The notes under the pieces were generated by a model, which saw only the letters and a list, made by a program, of their open reading frames with translations, made no database searches and was not told the origin of the DNA. A stretch of DNA of 62,582 bases, counting the filler. It is 7 parts of 7 records of this genome, joined end to end, with 100 filler letters (N's around TTAATTAATTAA, not from the genome) between each part and the next. Parts side by side here need not be neighbours in the genome. Positions count along the whole stretch, not along the records: positions 28,348 to 37,778 come from SRR31156797_11665; positions 37,879 to 45,974 come from SRR31156797_11667; 5 more parts are not named here. One strand, given 5' to 3'. Made by a program: the position numbers and the translations under genes. Positions 29,646 to 39,414 of this stretch are shown one piece after another (position 1 is the first letter of the stretch; each line of letters starts with the position of its first letter).

Positions 29646-29864
29646 TTAGTGCTTGAAAAGAGATACGAAATAACCCACTGCAAACAGAGCAAATATTATC
29701 GCTATAACTCTTATGCACCCTCTTGCATTTTCCATTGGGTCAAAAAGCTTTGTTCCTTTGGTTGTTTGCACTGTCTGTTCTTTGATGATTCTACCACAAT
29801 TAGGGCAAGTAGGCGCTTGATCAGAAACTTCTTTTTCACAATCTGGACATTTTATTAGAGCCAT
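29646..29864 (-). CDS. Zinc-ribbon membrane protein
   Basis: MALIKCPDC...CPNCG plus a C-terminal hydrophobic helix; AAGGA RBS. Confidence 0.8.
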   Translation of the reverse strand: MALIKCPDCEKEVSDQAPTCPNCGRIIKEQTVQTTKGTKLFDPMENARGCIRVIAIIFALFAVGYFVSLFKH

Positions 29865-29899
29865 GGCTTTTATATCCTTCTTAAATCAGGAATCCGATT

Positions 29900-30577
29900 T
29901 TAATTCATAGATTTATAAATAACATTCTTTAACGTTGTAAGTGTAAAGGGTTTACCTGAAGCTGTGGTAAAACCTGATTCATTTAAAGACTCCATTGTTT
30001 TTTGCAAAGAGAGCCTTTTTCCATTCTTTGGTTTTCTTCTAAGGCGCTTAATTTCTGCTATCAGTTCAGGATTTAATTCTTGATATGATTTCCTGCCTTC
30101 GCATTTACCTTGATCTTCTTTTTTTCTGGTCCTGGCCTGTTTTAGTTTCTTAACAAGCAGGTTCTTTTCAAGCTCAGAGAAAACACCCTGAATCTGAACA
30201 AGGGCTTTCTGCATTGGATCTTCCATAACAGCCTTAGTAATGTCCTGGTCAGTCCGGGCAGATATCAAAGTTATTTCTTTACTGGCTAAATATGTAATCA
30301 AGGCAGTTTGAATCTGTAAATCTCTTGCAAGTCTGTCCATCCCTTCTATTATTATCGTTCTAACTCCATTTTTAAGAATGGCAGATACCATTTCCTGAAA
30401 GGCAGGACGCTTAGTTTCATCTAAAGTACCTGATACGGCTTCTTCCTTAAAAATGCGTTCAATCTGATAGCCTGAAGCCTTGGCATATTCTCGGATCTCT
30501 TTTTCCTGTCTTTGAAAACCGTCACCATTAATCTGACTTTTTCCTGAAACTCTGACATATGCGTATGCTTTTACCAT
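29900..30577 (-). CDS. Serine recombinase (resolvase/invertase family)
   Basis: YAYVRVS (catalytic Ser), SG...RPAF and DRLARD; GGAGG RBS. Confidence 0.92.
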   Translation of the reverse strand: MVKAYAYVRVSGKSQINGDGFQRQEKEIREYAKASGYQIERIFKEEAVSGTLDETKRPAFQEMVSAILKNGVRTIIIEGMDRLARDLQIQTALITYLASKEITLISARTDQDITKAVMEDPMQKALVQIQGVFSELEKNLLVKKLKQARTRKKEDQGKCEGRKSYQELNPELIAEIKRLRRKPKNGKRLSLQKTMESLNESGFTTASGKPFTLTTLKNVIYKSMN

Positions 30578-30756
30578 GGTCTGCCCTCCCTGATTGATTT
30601 AAAAATATTCTATCGAATCAGAAAGAAAGAATCAAGAAAAAGTTTCTTTTTCTACAGATAAAAACACTAAGATGTTATAACAATACCTATGTTTAGTCTT
30701 TTCATGAGTTATAACTATCCTGCCAAAGCGCCAAACAACCCCATGACAAAAAAAAA

Positions 30757-32118
30757 TCAATAGAGCTCTAAGATATAGTCTTCTGCTTCTTCCAAATTAA
30801 AATCATCACTTGCCGCAAGACTTATGATATCGGTTGCCCAGTCCATAAAATTTTCATTGGCAGTAAAAGACCTGCCAATTTCAGAATTAGCAAAATAAGC
30901 ACCAATTTCGGTCTTTTTCGCTAACATTAAGGCATCTTCAAGACCTCCGGTTGGGGCCTTTGCGCCATTAATAATAGCTATAATCGCCTGGTCACGCCTT
31001 ACCTCTCCACTGTTCAGTGCGGCCACCCAATAAGCCAAGCCCATGTCATCCGGAGCACGGTTCAGTGCATTATAATAGATGGTGCTAATGAACTCTGAAT
31101 TACTTAATCCTTCTGGGAATTTTTCTTTTGTTTCTGGTTGATCAAAAAAGGACTGTGCTACCTGCTCAATTGTCAGAACGCCAGTCACAACGACATTGGC
31201 CCAGTAATCTAAACCAGCACAGTCAGGTGCCCTTCCAAAGGTTGCAACATAAATTTCTGTTATGCGTTGTTGGGTTGTCTGATCACTTCCATCGCAGTTT
31301 TGATCTATCCCGTCACCACCGATTTCGGTTGCACCTGGGTGAACGCTGCTGTCATAGTCATTGCAATCTGTGTTGTCTGAGACATAGCCAGCAATCTGTT
31401 GGACTGATTCATATGGAAAATTTGGGTCGCCGTAACCATCTCCGTCATCGTCTCGATAATAAGTAAAGAGTGCGCCCGAGCCTTCACTAAGATGCCACTT
31501 GTCTGCATAGCTTTTATATAGAGCTTCAGGATAGTCATTGCTGTCTCGATTGCCATTCATATATAAAATGTTATTGTTAATTTGAAATATAGCAGAGCTA
31601 ATCACACCAACGTCTCTATCTGATGGAATATTACACTGAGATTCATGTATAATATCTCCAAGTGAAGGCACAAACCCACAGAACCTTTCGTAATTGTGTG
31701 CGTAATCGTTGATTTCTTGTTGATTAAACGGCTGCCAATAATAATCGATAGTTTCCCACCTTATTCTTTGGACAGGCTCCCCGTCTGATGAAATTATATT
31801 TTCGCCAAGAGTTGCTTTGTATACCCAAGTAGAGATCTCATAAATACCACCAGAACAATCAGGTCCCCAATAAATTGTTTCCTGATAAGTCACGATATCA
31901 CCATCTATCGTGAGGGTTTCAGTTCCACTGCCGTTATTTATATATGCATCTTGAAAGCTTGCAGTGCCCCTGTTGTACGGCATCCATATAGTTTGAATGT
32001 CATTCGGGAGAAATAAGAAATTATCATTCGAGGCAAAAAGCGGAGTGTTGAATGGCGAGAAGATAATAAGAAATGTGAATAATAAAAATAAACTAATTCC
32101 ATGAGCTATCCGTTTCAA
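30757..32118 (-). CDS. Secreted protein with a MopE-related/putative metal-binding repeat and a C-terminal DUF4214-like domain
   Basis: Signal peptide; DDDGDGYGD...DCND...[21 protein letters not shown]...GLDYW and ALNRAPD...GLAYW. Confidence 0.8.
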   Translation of the reverse strand: MKRIAHGISLFLLFTFLIIFSPFNTPLFASNDNFLFLPNDIQTIWMPYNRGTASFQDAYINNGSGTETLTIDGDIVTYQETIYWGPDCSGGIYEISTWVYKATLGENIISSDGEPVQRIRWETIDYYWQPFNQQEINDYAHNYERFCGFVPSLGDIIHESQCNIPSDRDVGVISSAIFQINNNILYMNGNRDSNDYPEALYKSYADKWHLSEGSGALFTYYRDDDGDGYGDPNFPYESVQQIAGYVSDNTDCNDYDSSVHPGATEIGGDGIDQNCDGSDQTTQQRITEIYVATFGRAPDCAGLDYWANVVVTGVLTIEQVAQSFFDQPETKEKFPEGLSNSEFISTIYYNALNRAPDDMGLAYWVAALNSGEVRRDQAIIAIINGAKAPTGGLEDALMLAKKTEIGAYFANSEIGRSFTANENFMDWATDIISLAASDDFNLEEAEDYILELY

Positions 32119-32211
32119 ATTAACCTCTAATATAACAAAATGGATGTTAGTAAAAAGTATGCTATTCTTGCTGAAATAATCATAACCTGACTTGGATTTC
32201 CATATGAATTT

Positions 32212-32286
32212 AGGAACATCAGCCTTATAAATATCTGCCAGTTAGCCAAAGCGCTTGATGTTGATATCAAGAATCTCTTTGACTAA
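32212..32286 (+). pseudogene. C-terminal remnant of an XRE-family HTH regulator
   Basis: Reads [24 protein letters not shown], with an in-frame TGA at 32188 and no start codon. Confidence 0.6.
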
Positions 32287-32829
32287 ATCTATATAACTTC
32301 CCTGTCTTTATTTCTCAAAGCGAACAAACTCCCATATCAAACTAAATTAGCTTTGTAAATCGGGGAAACCCTTAGAAATAGAATTATTCTATGGATATAG
32401 AATAGATGAAATAATATGGCCCTGTGGGCTTGTTTTGGGCTTATATGAGGTTGTTTAGGTCTATTTGATAGTGGGGTATCAATTCAATCAAACAGGCTTA
32501 TATTAGGCCATATAAGCACCTAAGATATTTTACATAAACCACTGTTTTTATTATGTATTTTAACGCACTGCTTAACCCTGCTCTGTCTCCATGTGATATT
32601 TTCAGATATTTTGTTATAGCATCAAGATGAACCTTTAACAGCTCCTTGATTAATTTCCAAATTTTGCTGTATTTTTATAGGACTTAGCACATAAGAAATT
32701 AAGGTTTAGCGTTTCCGAATGTTCCCTATGCACCAAAGCCATATCGCTTATTTTATACGGATAAACAACGGCTTATGAGTCTTAAGCCACAAGATGTTTT
32801 TATGCCTGGCAGACAAATTACACGATTTG

Positions 32830-33750
32830 CTATGTGGTAACTAAAAGCTGATTATATTTCTCTGGAAGCAAGGCAAACTCCCCCCAAGCTAAATTTTCAA
32901 AGCATAGTCCCCATCCATTTATAGTGACTTTTCCATAAAGAATGACGTACCTACCAACAGAATCACCTCCAATTCCGTGTTCCTGCTGATCAATAGCAGT
33001 CGCTTTTAAGCAAAAGTCTGCGATTCCGTCTTGATTATATTTAAAGTAGGTCATGCGTATATTGTCTGGTCGCTTATGGTCTCCCATATGATGCGTTGAT
33101 GTTATTTTGCCAAAGTACAACTTTGGATTACCATCTATTTCTGTAACAGACTCAACATTATGCAATAGATCAATTAAGCGTTTCGCACATTGGTTTCCTG
33201 GGATATGGAAGTATTTGTATAGATTTTGATCAAAATTCCGACACAATCCTTTGACTGTTTTTATACGACTTGGAAGTCGATATGTATCTCCTTTATGTCT
33301 TCCAATCGGAATATCGCTAAGCGGTCCTTCCTGGCTTTCAATAGTAAGGGGATTTTGACTTTTGCTTTCAGTATCAATCTTTGGCTTTTCTTTCATAAAG
33401 CTATGAATGATAACCAATTCCTCTTCATCTATAGCTTGTTTAGCCTCTTCATAAGTGTCGTATCTCTCACCTTGAACTATTTTTGCTCTTAAATCACAGG
33501 TTACGTCTTTGTATTTTTGCATATGACTAAAATATGCTTCTCTGCCATCAGAACAGAAGTCTTTATCTTTTGGGATTCGGGTGAGATTTGTAAAACAAAC
33601 AGGGCAAAAAATATGACCTTCCATTGCTGGAATATATTCAGATGGAACAATCCTACGCCCATCAGTTTGCAACGTAGATGCATTACCATTTTCATAACAC
33701 CAATTTTCGAGATAATACGCAAAAGCAATTCGTTTTGATGAAGAATTCAT
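32830..33750 (-). CDS. Hypothetical protein with an N-terminal CxxC...H...C zinc-finger-like motif
   Basis: Long ORF with FCPVC...YFSH...C; AGGAGG upstream of ATG 33750. Confidence 0.75.
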   Translation of the reverse strand: MNSSSKRIAFAYYLENWCYENGNASTLQTDGRRIVPSEYIPAMEGHIFCPVCFTNLTRIPKDKDFCSDGREAYFSHMQKYKDVTCDLRAKIVQGERYDTYEEAKQAIDEEELVIIHSFMKEKPKIDTESKSQNPLTIESQEGPLSDIPIGRHKGDTYRLPSRIKTVKGLCRNFDQNLYKYFHIPGNQCAKRLIDLLHNVESVTEIDGNPKLYFGKITSTHHMGDHKRPDNIRMTYFKYNQDGIADFCLKATAIDQQEHGIGGDSVGRYVILYGKVTINGWGLCFENLAWGEFALLPEKYNQLLVTT

Positions 33751-34427
33751 GATACGTTGGGTTTCCTCCTTTCTGAATAATTCCTTTTTAGACAAAGATT
33801 ATTGCAATCTAACCTTGCTCTGTCAGAAATTTCAAGAGATAAAGAACTCTATGTATGGGTTGAGCTTAATTAACACAATAAAATCAAGTATATATATATA
33901 TGTTATATCCATATCAAAAATTAATACTCTCTGGCACTCTCTGGATTCTAAATACCCAAAGCCTTGCCCAGGAATACTCTTAGGCCTATGTACAAACTTT
34001 TATATTAATGTGTGGGGATAAAATTATGGGAAGGGGTTAAGATCAGAGCTGTCTTCCTGATAGTGTATTTTAGGGGGGAACGCAGCTTTGTGATAATATT
34101 TTCTTTAATGCATTTAATGCATTCCAAACAAACAAAAAACAACATCTTTATACTTACCTTCTTCAAGTAAGACCAACTTTGTTGGTTGTTTAACCTTCTT
34201 TTTTTTATTTAATTTATTTAGTTTTTCTTTTTAACTACTTACAAGCTCTGGACGTCGTGGTGACGCAGTCAACATGATGTTCTTAGAGATTGTTGTAGTA
34301 TGTAAGATTATGTTCTTATAAGTCTTTTAGAGCTGCGACTCGAATGCACTGCCTGTAGGGGGGCTTCATTTTTTTATGTGTAAATTTACTAAAAATCTTT
34401 ACACATGTTGTAAATCTTAATTATAAT

Positions 34428-35843
34428 ATGATATGGTATTTGGTGTCAATAGAAAAATTAAAAGAAGGGAGAGTGCTGGCTTTGAATAAGATTCAGGTAA
34501 TAGACCAGATAATGGGAAGTGGAAAGACTGAGAGCATTATCGATGAGATGGATACAAATAGAGGCACCAAGTACCTCTATGTTGGGCCTTTGCTAACTGA
34601 GGTAGAGCGTGTTCTGGATGCTGTTGTCGATATGTCTGAACCTGATTTGCAACATAAACCCGAAGGAGAAGATACAGCCAGTAAACTGTCTAACCTAAAG
34701 GATTTATTGAGAAAAGGAAGGAGAATCTGTACAACTCATGCATTGTTTCAGCTCTTTGATCAAGAGACTGTGGTATTATTAAAGGGCTACACCCTGATTC
34801 TTGACGAAACCATGGAATGCATCAGGATCGAGAGACAATATACAGATCTTGATTATCAGTTGTTTATTGGTAGTGGTGTTTGTTCTGTGAGTCCAGAAAC
34901 ACAAAGGGTTCAATGGGAGAGTAAGTATTCTGTCTCTGGAATGATAAGACCAAAAGAACTCAGGGAATTTAAGAATCACTGTGATATGGGGTCATTGTAC
35001 TATAAAGGGTATTCAGATTTTCTATTGGAGGATTCCCAGGAGGTGGCAGAAAAAGAATCAAACAAAAAACACTGGCTATGGGTCTATCCTCCTCAAGTTT
35101 TCAGGGCTTTTGATGCTGTAAAAATATTGACATACAATTTCGAGAATACACCCACCCACAGTTATTTCAAGATCCATGACTTCGAAGTGGAGATAGAGAA
35201 GAAAGACGACACCGAAGAGAAAGAGAAGATCAGGGACTTGATTTATCTGGTTGATGACTCCCGATACAATTGTATTGGAAAATTCAAGCTTTCTTGGTCT
35301 GGTTACAAAAATATGCAACAAGAGGGGAATATAGAACAAGCAGAAGCAATCGGAAGTGCCATAGAGAACATGTTCCGCACCTATGGAAACAAAAAATATT
35401 ACAACATGTGGACTTGCTACAAAGATCAAATGAAATATATCGCCAAAAATGGGAAGGAAAATAAATATAGATCGTTTGATTGTGTTGATCAGTCAAAGGT
35501 ATATGGGGAAAAATCAAAAAAACCAGGGAAGCATTACGGCACTTTCATTTATCACAGCGCCAAAGCCGTTAATCAATATGGGCATAAAAAAATAGTAGCT
35601 TACCCAGTTGACAAAAATATCAATCCTAACTTGAATAATATTCTTTCCTGGTGGGGATATCCGGCTGATGCGGAGAAATACGCCCTTAATGAGATGATAC
35701 AATGGGTTTGGAGAAGCGCCATCAGGAATAAGAAGGAAATTGTTTTATTTATTCCAAAAGAAAGGATGAGGAACATGTTTTTGAAGTGGTTGGGGGAATG
35801 TAAAACCACAAGCAAGAATTTTGAAGAATTCTGGTCTTATTAA
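34428..35843 (+). CDS. SF2-helicase-like putative replication protein (true start probably 34473 or 34482)
   Basis: MGSGKT Walker A, TTHALF, ILDE Walker B and C-terminal QWVWRSAIR. Confidence 0.75.
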   Translation: MIWYLVSIEKLKEGRVLALNKIQVIDQIMGSGKTESIIDEMDTNRGTKYLYVGPLLTEVERVLDAVVDMSEPDLQHKPEGEDTASKLSNLKDLLRKGRRICTTHALFQLFDQETVVLLKGYTLILDETMECIRIERQYTDLDYQLFIGSGVCSVSPETQRVQWESKYSVSGMIRPKELREFKNHCDMGSLYYKGYSDFLLEDSQEVAEKESNKKHWLWVYPPQVFRAFDAVKILTYNFENTPTHSYFKIHDFEVEIEKKDDTEEKEKIRDLIYLVDDSRYNCIGKFKLSWSGYKNMQQEGNIEQAEAIGSAIENMFRTYGNKKYYNMWTCYKDQMKYIAKNGKENKYRSFDCVDQSKVYGEKSKKPGKHYGTFIYHSAKAVNQYGHKKIVAYPVDKNINPNLNNILSWWGYPADAEKYALNEMIQWVWRSAIRNKKEIVLFIPKERMRNMFLKWLGECKTTSKNFEEFWSY

Positions 35844-36049
35844 AAAGGGCATAAGCCTGTAAGGTATGCCCAATGGGGTTATAGCAGAGCAGAAGGCATA
35901 CCTATAGAAAAATGGACTGGAAATATTGGGAGTGCTTAAATTAATATAAGGCTGTCAAAAATCAGAACACCTCATCAGCAACATTGGCGGCCTTTCGTAA
36001 AGCCCCATTAATCGGTCATGGGCGAGTAGTGTGAGATTTATACTCTATG

Positions 36050-37654
36050 TTATTTTATCACCCATCTGGAATTCTTTAGATGTCCTAGGTCAATAGCGTA
36101 ATCCAGCTTTAACACTGCTTCCTTGTATAACACATCCACGTTATATCGTTTACCATATCGGCCCATGGTTTCGCCCTGGAGGGCATGACCTGTGAGTTCG
36201 TCAATAAGCGTTTCGGTAATAAGTTGTTGTTTGAGATTGTCCGTCAGGGTGTGCCGAAAACTGTGGAATACCAACTGTTTTGACGTCAGGCCAAGTCTGG
36301 TTTTGTAAGCCCCAAACCACTTGGTTGACTTGTGGCCGTAGTTGTTATTTTGATATGGTAGCTCTGGGAATAGTCGGACCTCTCCCCTGTCTCTCATCGA
36401 CTGAACATATCCCATGAAATTCAGTTCTTCAGCAATAAAAGGATGTAAAGGAATCGTTCGCAGTGATGCGGCATTTTTAATGCTGATGGTTGGATCATCG
36501 GGGTCTTCCTGGAAAATCAGGGACGGGACATTGTCCACCACCTGGATATCTTTGAGGCGGAGTTGTGCAAGCTCATTCATTCTGGCGCCAGTATACAAAG
36601 CAAGGATGGGAAGCCAAAAATGGTACGACTCTTTGAATTTATCTTCCCGGTAGTCTGGAGACCCAAACAGGACCATTAAATCGGCTTTTGAAAATGCTTT
36701 CCTGATTTCATCGGGTCTCTTGGTTTTCCTGGTTTTGATCTTGGCACCTTCAGCATAATTCTGAAGCATATGGCCTTGCCCTACACACCATTTAAAAAAG
36801 GCACCTACGTGGGTGAGGTAACCGTTGACGGTGTTCACGCTTAGAGTAGGATAGCCTTTGGATTCGTTAATCTCAATAATCTCAGCCATGGTCTTTCCCT
36901 GGAATTCAGTTTTTTTGTTCATTCCTGAAGGGAGTTTTAAGAGCGTTTCTTTGAGATGGCGCACCGTTTCATGGTTGATGGCAAGAATTGGAGTATCAGC
37001 ACCTATTACCTGAAGCATGATAGTCTGGTAGCCTGTGTATCGGTCGAGAGTCCTGCCTTTCCATAGATTTGCCGTTATGTTCTCTGTTTTCCATGCGTTG
37101 ATCAAATTTGCGATTTTGGGAGATTTCGATTGAGGTGCTGGTTCGGGTATCACTGGCACCAGTGCGTCCTGTATTATTTTAGGAGAGTTGTGACAAATCT
37201 GCCGATATTTGTTGGAATCTCTTTCGGTCTCAATGTCTCGTTGAATAAGGAAACCGTCTGTTGAAGCACATACGATTCTATGGTTGAAAGTGAACAAATT
37301 GTGAAAGACCATTGAGCGGACATTCTCTGCGTCTTCAATCCTATTGTCGATGGACTCAGAAGAAGGAGAACGTTTGTGCAGGAGTTCGTCCTCTATGCTG
37401 CTCAGACCTTCTTGTATGTATTGCTCAATGATGTTTTCAGTCTGTTCTGGTGTAAGCTTCAAATTCTGTCTCCGTATAGCACGAAAGAATTTTTTAAGCC
37501 TCCCAGATATTAAAAAAGCCCTCTCTTTTGCAAGGCACAATGATCCTGTTTGAAGACTGCGTCTGATTTCTTTAAGTTGAAAGGTTGATCTGAGGTCTAA
37601 AGGGATTTTAATCCTGAAATAATATCCTGATGATCTCTGAAAAATGTAGTTCAT
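36050..37654 (-). CDS. Tyrosine recombinase/integrase with an N-terminal DUF6538-like arm-binding domain
   Basis: YYFRIKIPLDL N-terminus; catalytic YTGAR, FHSFRHT, TGH and RY motifs. Confidence 0.92.
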   Translation of the reverse strand: MNYIFQRSSGYYFRIKIPLDLRSTFQLKEIRRSLQTGSLCLAKERAFLISGRLKKFFRAIRRQNLKLTPEQTENIIEQYIQEGLSSIEDELLHKRSPSSESIDNRIEDAENVRSMVFHNLFTFNHRIVCASTDGFLIQRDIETERDSNKYRQICHNSPKIIQDALVPVIPEPAPQSKSPKIANLINAWKTENITANLWKGRTLDRYTGYQTIMLQVIGADTPILAINHETVRHLKETLLKLPSGMNKKTEFQGKTMAEIIEINESKGYPTLSVNTVNGYLTHVGAFFKWCVGQGHMLQNYAEGAKIKTRKTKRPDEIRKAFSKADLMVLFGSPDYREDKFKESYHFWLPILALYTGARMNELAQLRLKDIQVVDNVPSLIFQEDPDDPTISIKNAASLRTIPLHPFIAEELNFMGYVQSMRDRGEVRLFPELPYQNNNYGHKSTKWFGAYKTRLGLTSKQLVFHSFRHTLTDNLKQQLITETLIDELTGHALQGETMGRYGKRYNVDVLYKEAVLKLDYAIDLGHLKNSRWVIK

Positions 37655-37667
37655 TTTGCCGTCCTGG

Positions 37668-37697
37668 TGTACCAATAAAGTGTACCAAAGTGTACCA
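37668..37697 (+). repeat. Three TGTACCA direct repeats (arm-type integrase sites)
   Basis: Copies at 37668, 37681 and 37691, directly upstream of the integrase start. Confidence 0.7.
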
Positions 37698-37778
37698 GAA
37701 ACGACCGAAAACCCTTTCCCCAAAATCGACAAAGACTCTGAAAACAATCTCATCGGGGGATGCTGCCATACAACGCCG

Positions 37779-37878
37779 NNNNNNNNNNNNNNNNNNNNNN
37801 NNNNNNNNNNNNNNNNNNNNNNTTAATTAATTAANNNNNNNNNNNNNNNNNNNNNNNNNNNNNNNNNNNNNNNNNNNN
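37779..37878. other. Artificial contig linker
   Basis: N-run with TTAATTAATTAA. Confidence 0.99.
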
Positions 37879-39414
37879 CAGACCATGCTTGATCTCCATG
37901 GGGGAGCCGGGGAAGAGAGGCCTGATCACCTGGACAATATGCACTGGTATTATGGCCAGCAGATTCTGCTGGCAGCCGAAGCCGTCAGGGAAAACCCCGA
38001 TATCTACCCGGTGTTTCTCACCTGCTTCAGGTGCAGTCCGGACGCCTACCTGATCAACTATTTCAAAGATTTCATGGAAAAAATCGACAAACCCTACCTC
38101 ATCCTCCAGCTGGATGAACACAGCTCGGATGTGGGCTATATGACAAGGATCGAGGCGGCGGTGGATACTTTTATCAATGATTTCCATACCCGGAAAACCC
38201 AAACCGCCCCGATTCCCGTGAAGCGCCGCAACTATGCGCCGGACACCCTGCAGCCGGGGGATACCGTTCTGATTCCCATGACGGACAGAAAAATCAACCA
38301 GCTCCAGAAAGCCCTGTTCGAAGTATCGGGATTCCATGCCCATGTGGTCCCCCTGGACCGGGAAATGCTGAACCAGGGGTACCGCTATGCCACCGGCGGC
38401 GAATGCCTTCCCAATGTGGCCATTGCAGGGTCTCTTATCGCCACCCTTGAAAAAAAAAGGATCAATCCTGAAAAGGCGGTGCTCTATCTGCCCAACCTCT
38501 GCCTGTCCTGCAACTTCAACCAGTATGCCAACCTGGTCAAGCTGGCATGTGAAAAAGCCGGCATGGGCCATGTCCGGGTGATGAATTACAACGGGCTTAC
38601 CCCCCTCCCGGGTCTCCCGGCGCGATCCAATGCCCTGCTTATTTCCGTGACCATTTTAAGCTCCATTCTCAATAAGCTCAGATACCGGTTCCAGCCCTAT
38701 GAAACAGAGCCGGGCGCCACCCGGAAAGCCGTGGACAAGGCTGAAGCAATCATCCGGTGGCATGTGCTCAACAAAAAATCCCTTCTCAATGGGGCCAAAC
38801 AGATCCGGGAACTCTTTGACGCCCTCCCCCTTCCTGAAAAAAGAAAACCAAGGATCGGCATTCTCGGGGATATGTATGCCAAGTACAATGACGTGCTGAA
38901 CGATGCCATCTGTGACTATGCGGAAGACCTGGGCGGAGAAATCCTGATTCCCTCATACAATGAACTGCTTCTCCACACCATGCACGCGGATGTGGTTGAA
39001 CACAATGCCGATCCAAGGCTCCTGAACACCATGACCGGATACGAGCACAAGTTCGAGCGGATTTTCCAGGGTCTCCTGGATGATGTATTCGAGCCTTCCC
39101 TGGAAGACTGCCGGGTGCTGATGGAAGAATTCGGCCTCGACAACTTTATTGCCGGGGAAACCGCTGTCAGCCTCGGCCGGACCCTCTACTATATCAAACA
39201 CAACCTGGTGGATGCGGTGATCCATGTGAACCCGGTGTTATGCTGTCCCGGGGTTATCTCGTCCTCTATTTTCCGGAAGATCCAGGAACGGTTCAACATA
39301 CCGATTATCGATCTGTTCTACGACGGCACAAACAAACCCAACAGGATGATCGATCCCCATATGTTTTACCTGACAAGGCGATCCTATTTCCCAAATTCCA
39401 GGGAGCGCTGGTGA
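37879..39414 (+). CDS. CoA-substrate-specific enzyme activase / 2-hydroxyacyl-CoA dehydratase-like protein (5' partial)
   Basis: TCFRCSPD, LQLDEHSSDVGYMTRIEA, GGECLP and NPVLCCPG. Confidence 0.8.
   Translation, partial: QTMLDLHGGAGEERPDHLDNMHWYYGQQILLAAEAVRENPDIYPVFLTCFRCSPDAYLINYFKDFMEKIDKPYLILQLDEHSSDVGYMTRIEAAVDTFINDFHTRKTQTAPIPVKRRNYAPDTLQPGDTVLIPMTDRKINQLQKALFEVSGFHAHVVPLDREMLNQGYRYATGGECLPNVAIAGSLIATLEKKRINPEKAVLYLPNLCLSCNFNQYANLVKLACEKAGMGHVRVMNYNGLTPLPGLPARSNALLISVTILSSILNKLRYRFQPYETEPGATRKAVDKAEAIIRWHVLNKKSLLNGAKQIRELFDALPLPEKRKPRIGILGDMYAKYNDVLNDAICDYAEDLGGEILIPSYNELLLHTMHADVVEHNADPRLLNTMTGYEHKFERIFQGLLDDVFEPSLEDCRVLMEEFGLDNFIAGETAVSLGRTLYYIKHNLVDAVIHVNPVLCCPGVISSSIFRKIQERFNIPIIDLFYDGTNKPNRMIDPHMFYLTRRSYFPNSRERW

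Larger units (their letters stand above)
28360..37778. mobile_element. ~9.4-kb integrative element / genomic island (second att beyond the contig end)
   Basis: tRNA-end fragment at one end, tyrosine integrase at the other, TGTACCAAAG at both ends (28440, 37681), plus a helicase-like gene, a serine recombinase and AT-rich cargo. Confidence 0.75.

Noticed and set aside
39384-39414. 31-bp convergent overlap between the activase and Lon-type protease genes
   Set aside because: Short 3' overlaps of convergent genes are common, and there is no sign of special function.
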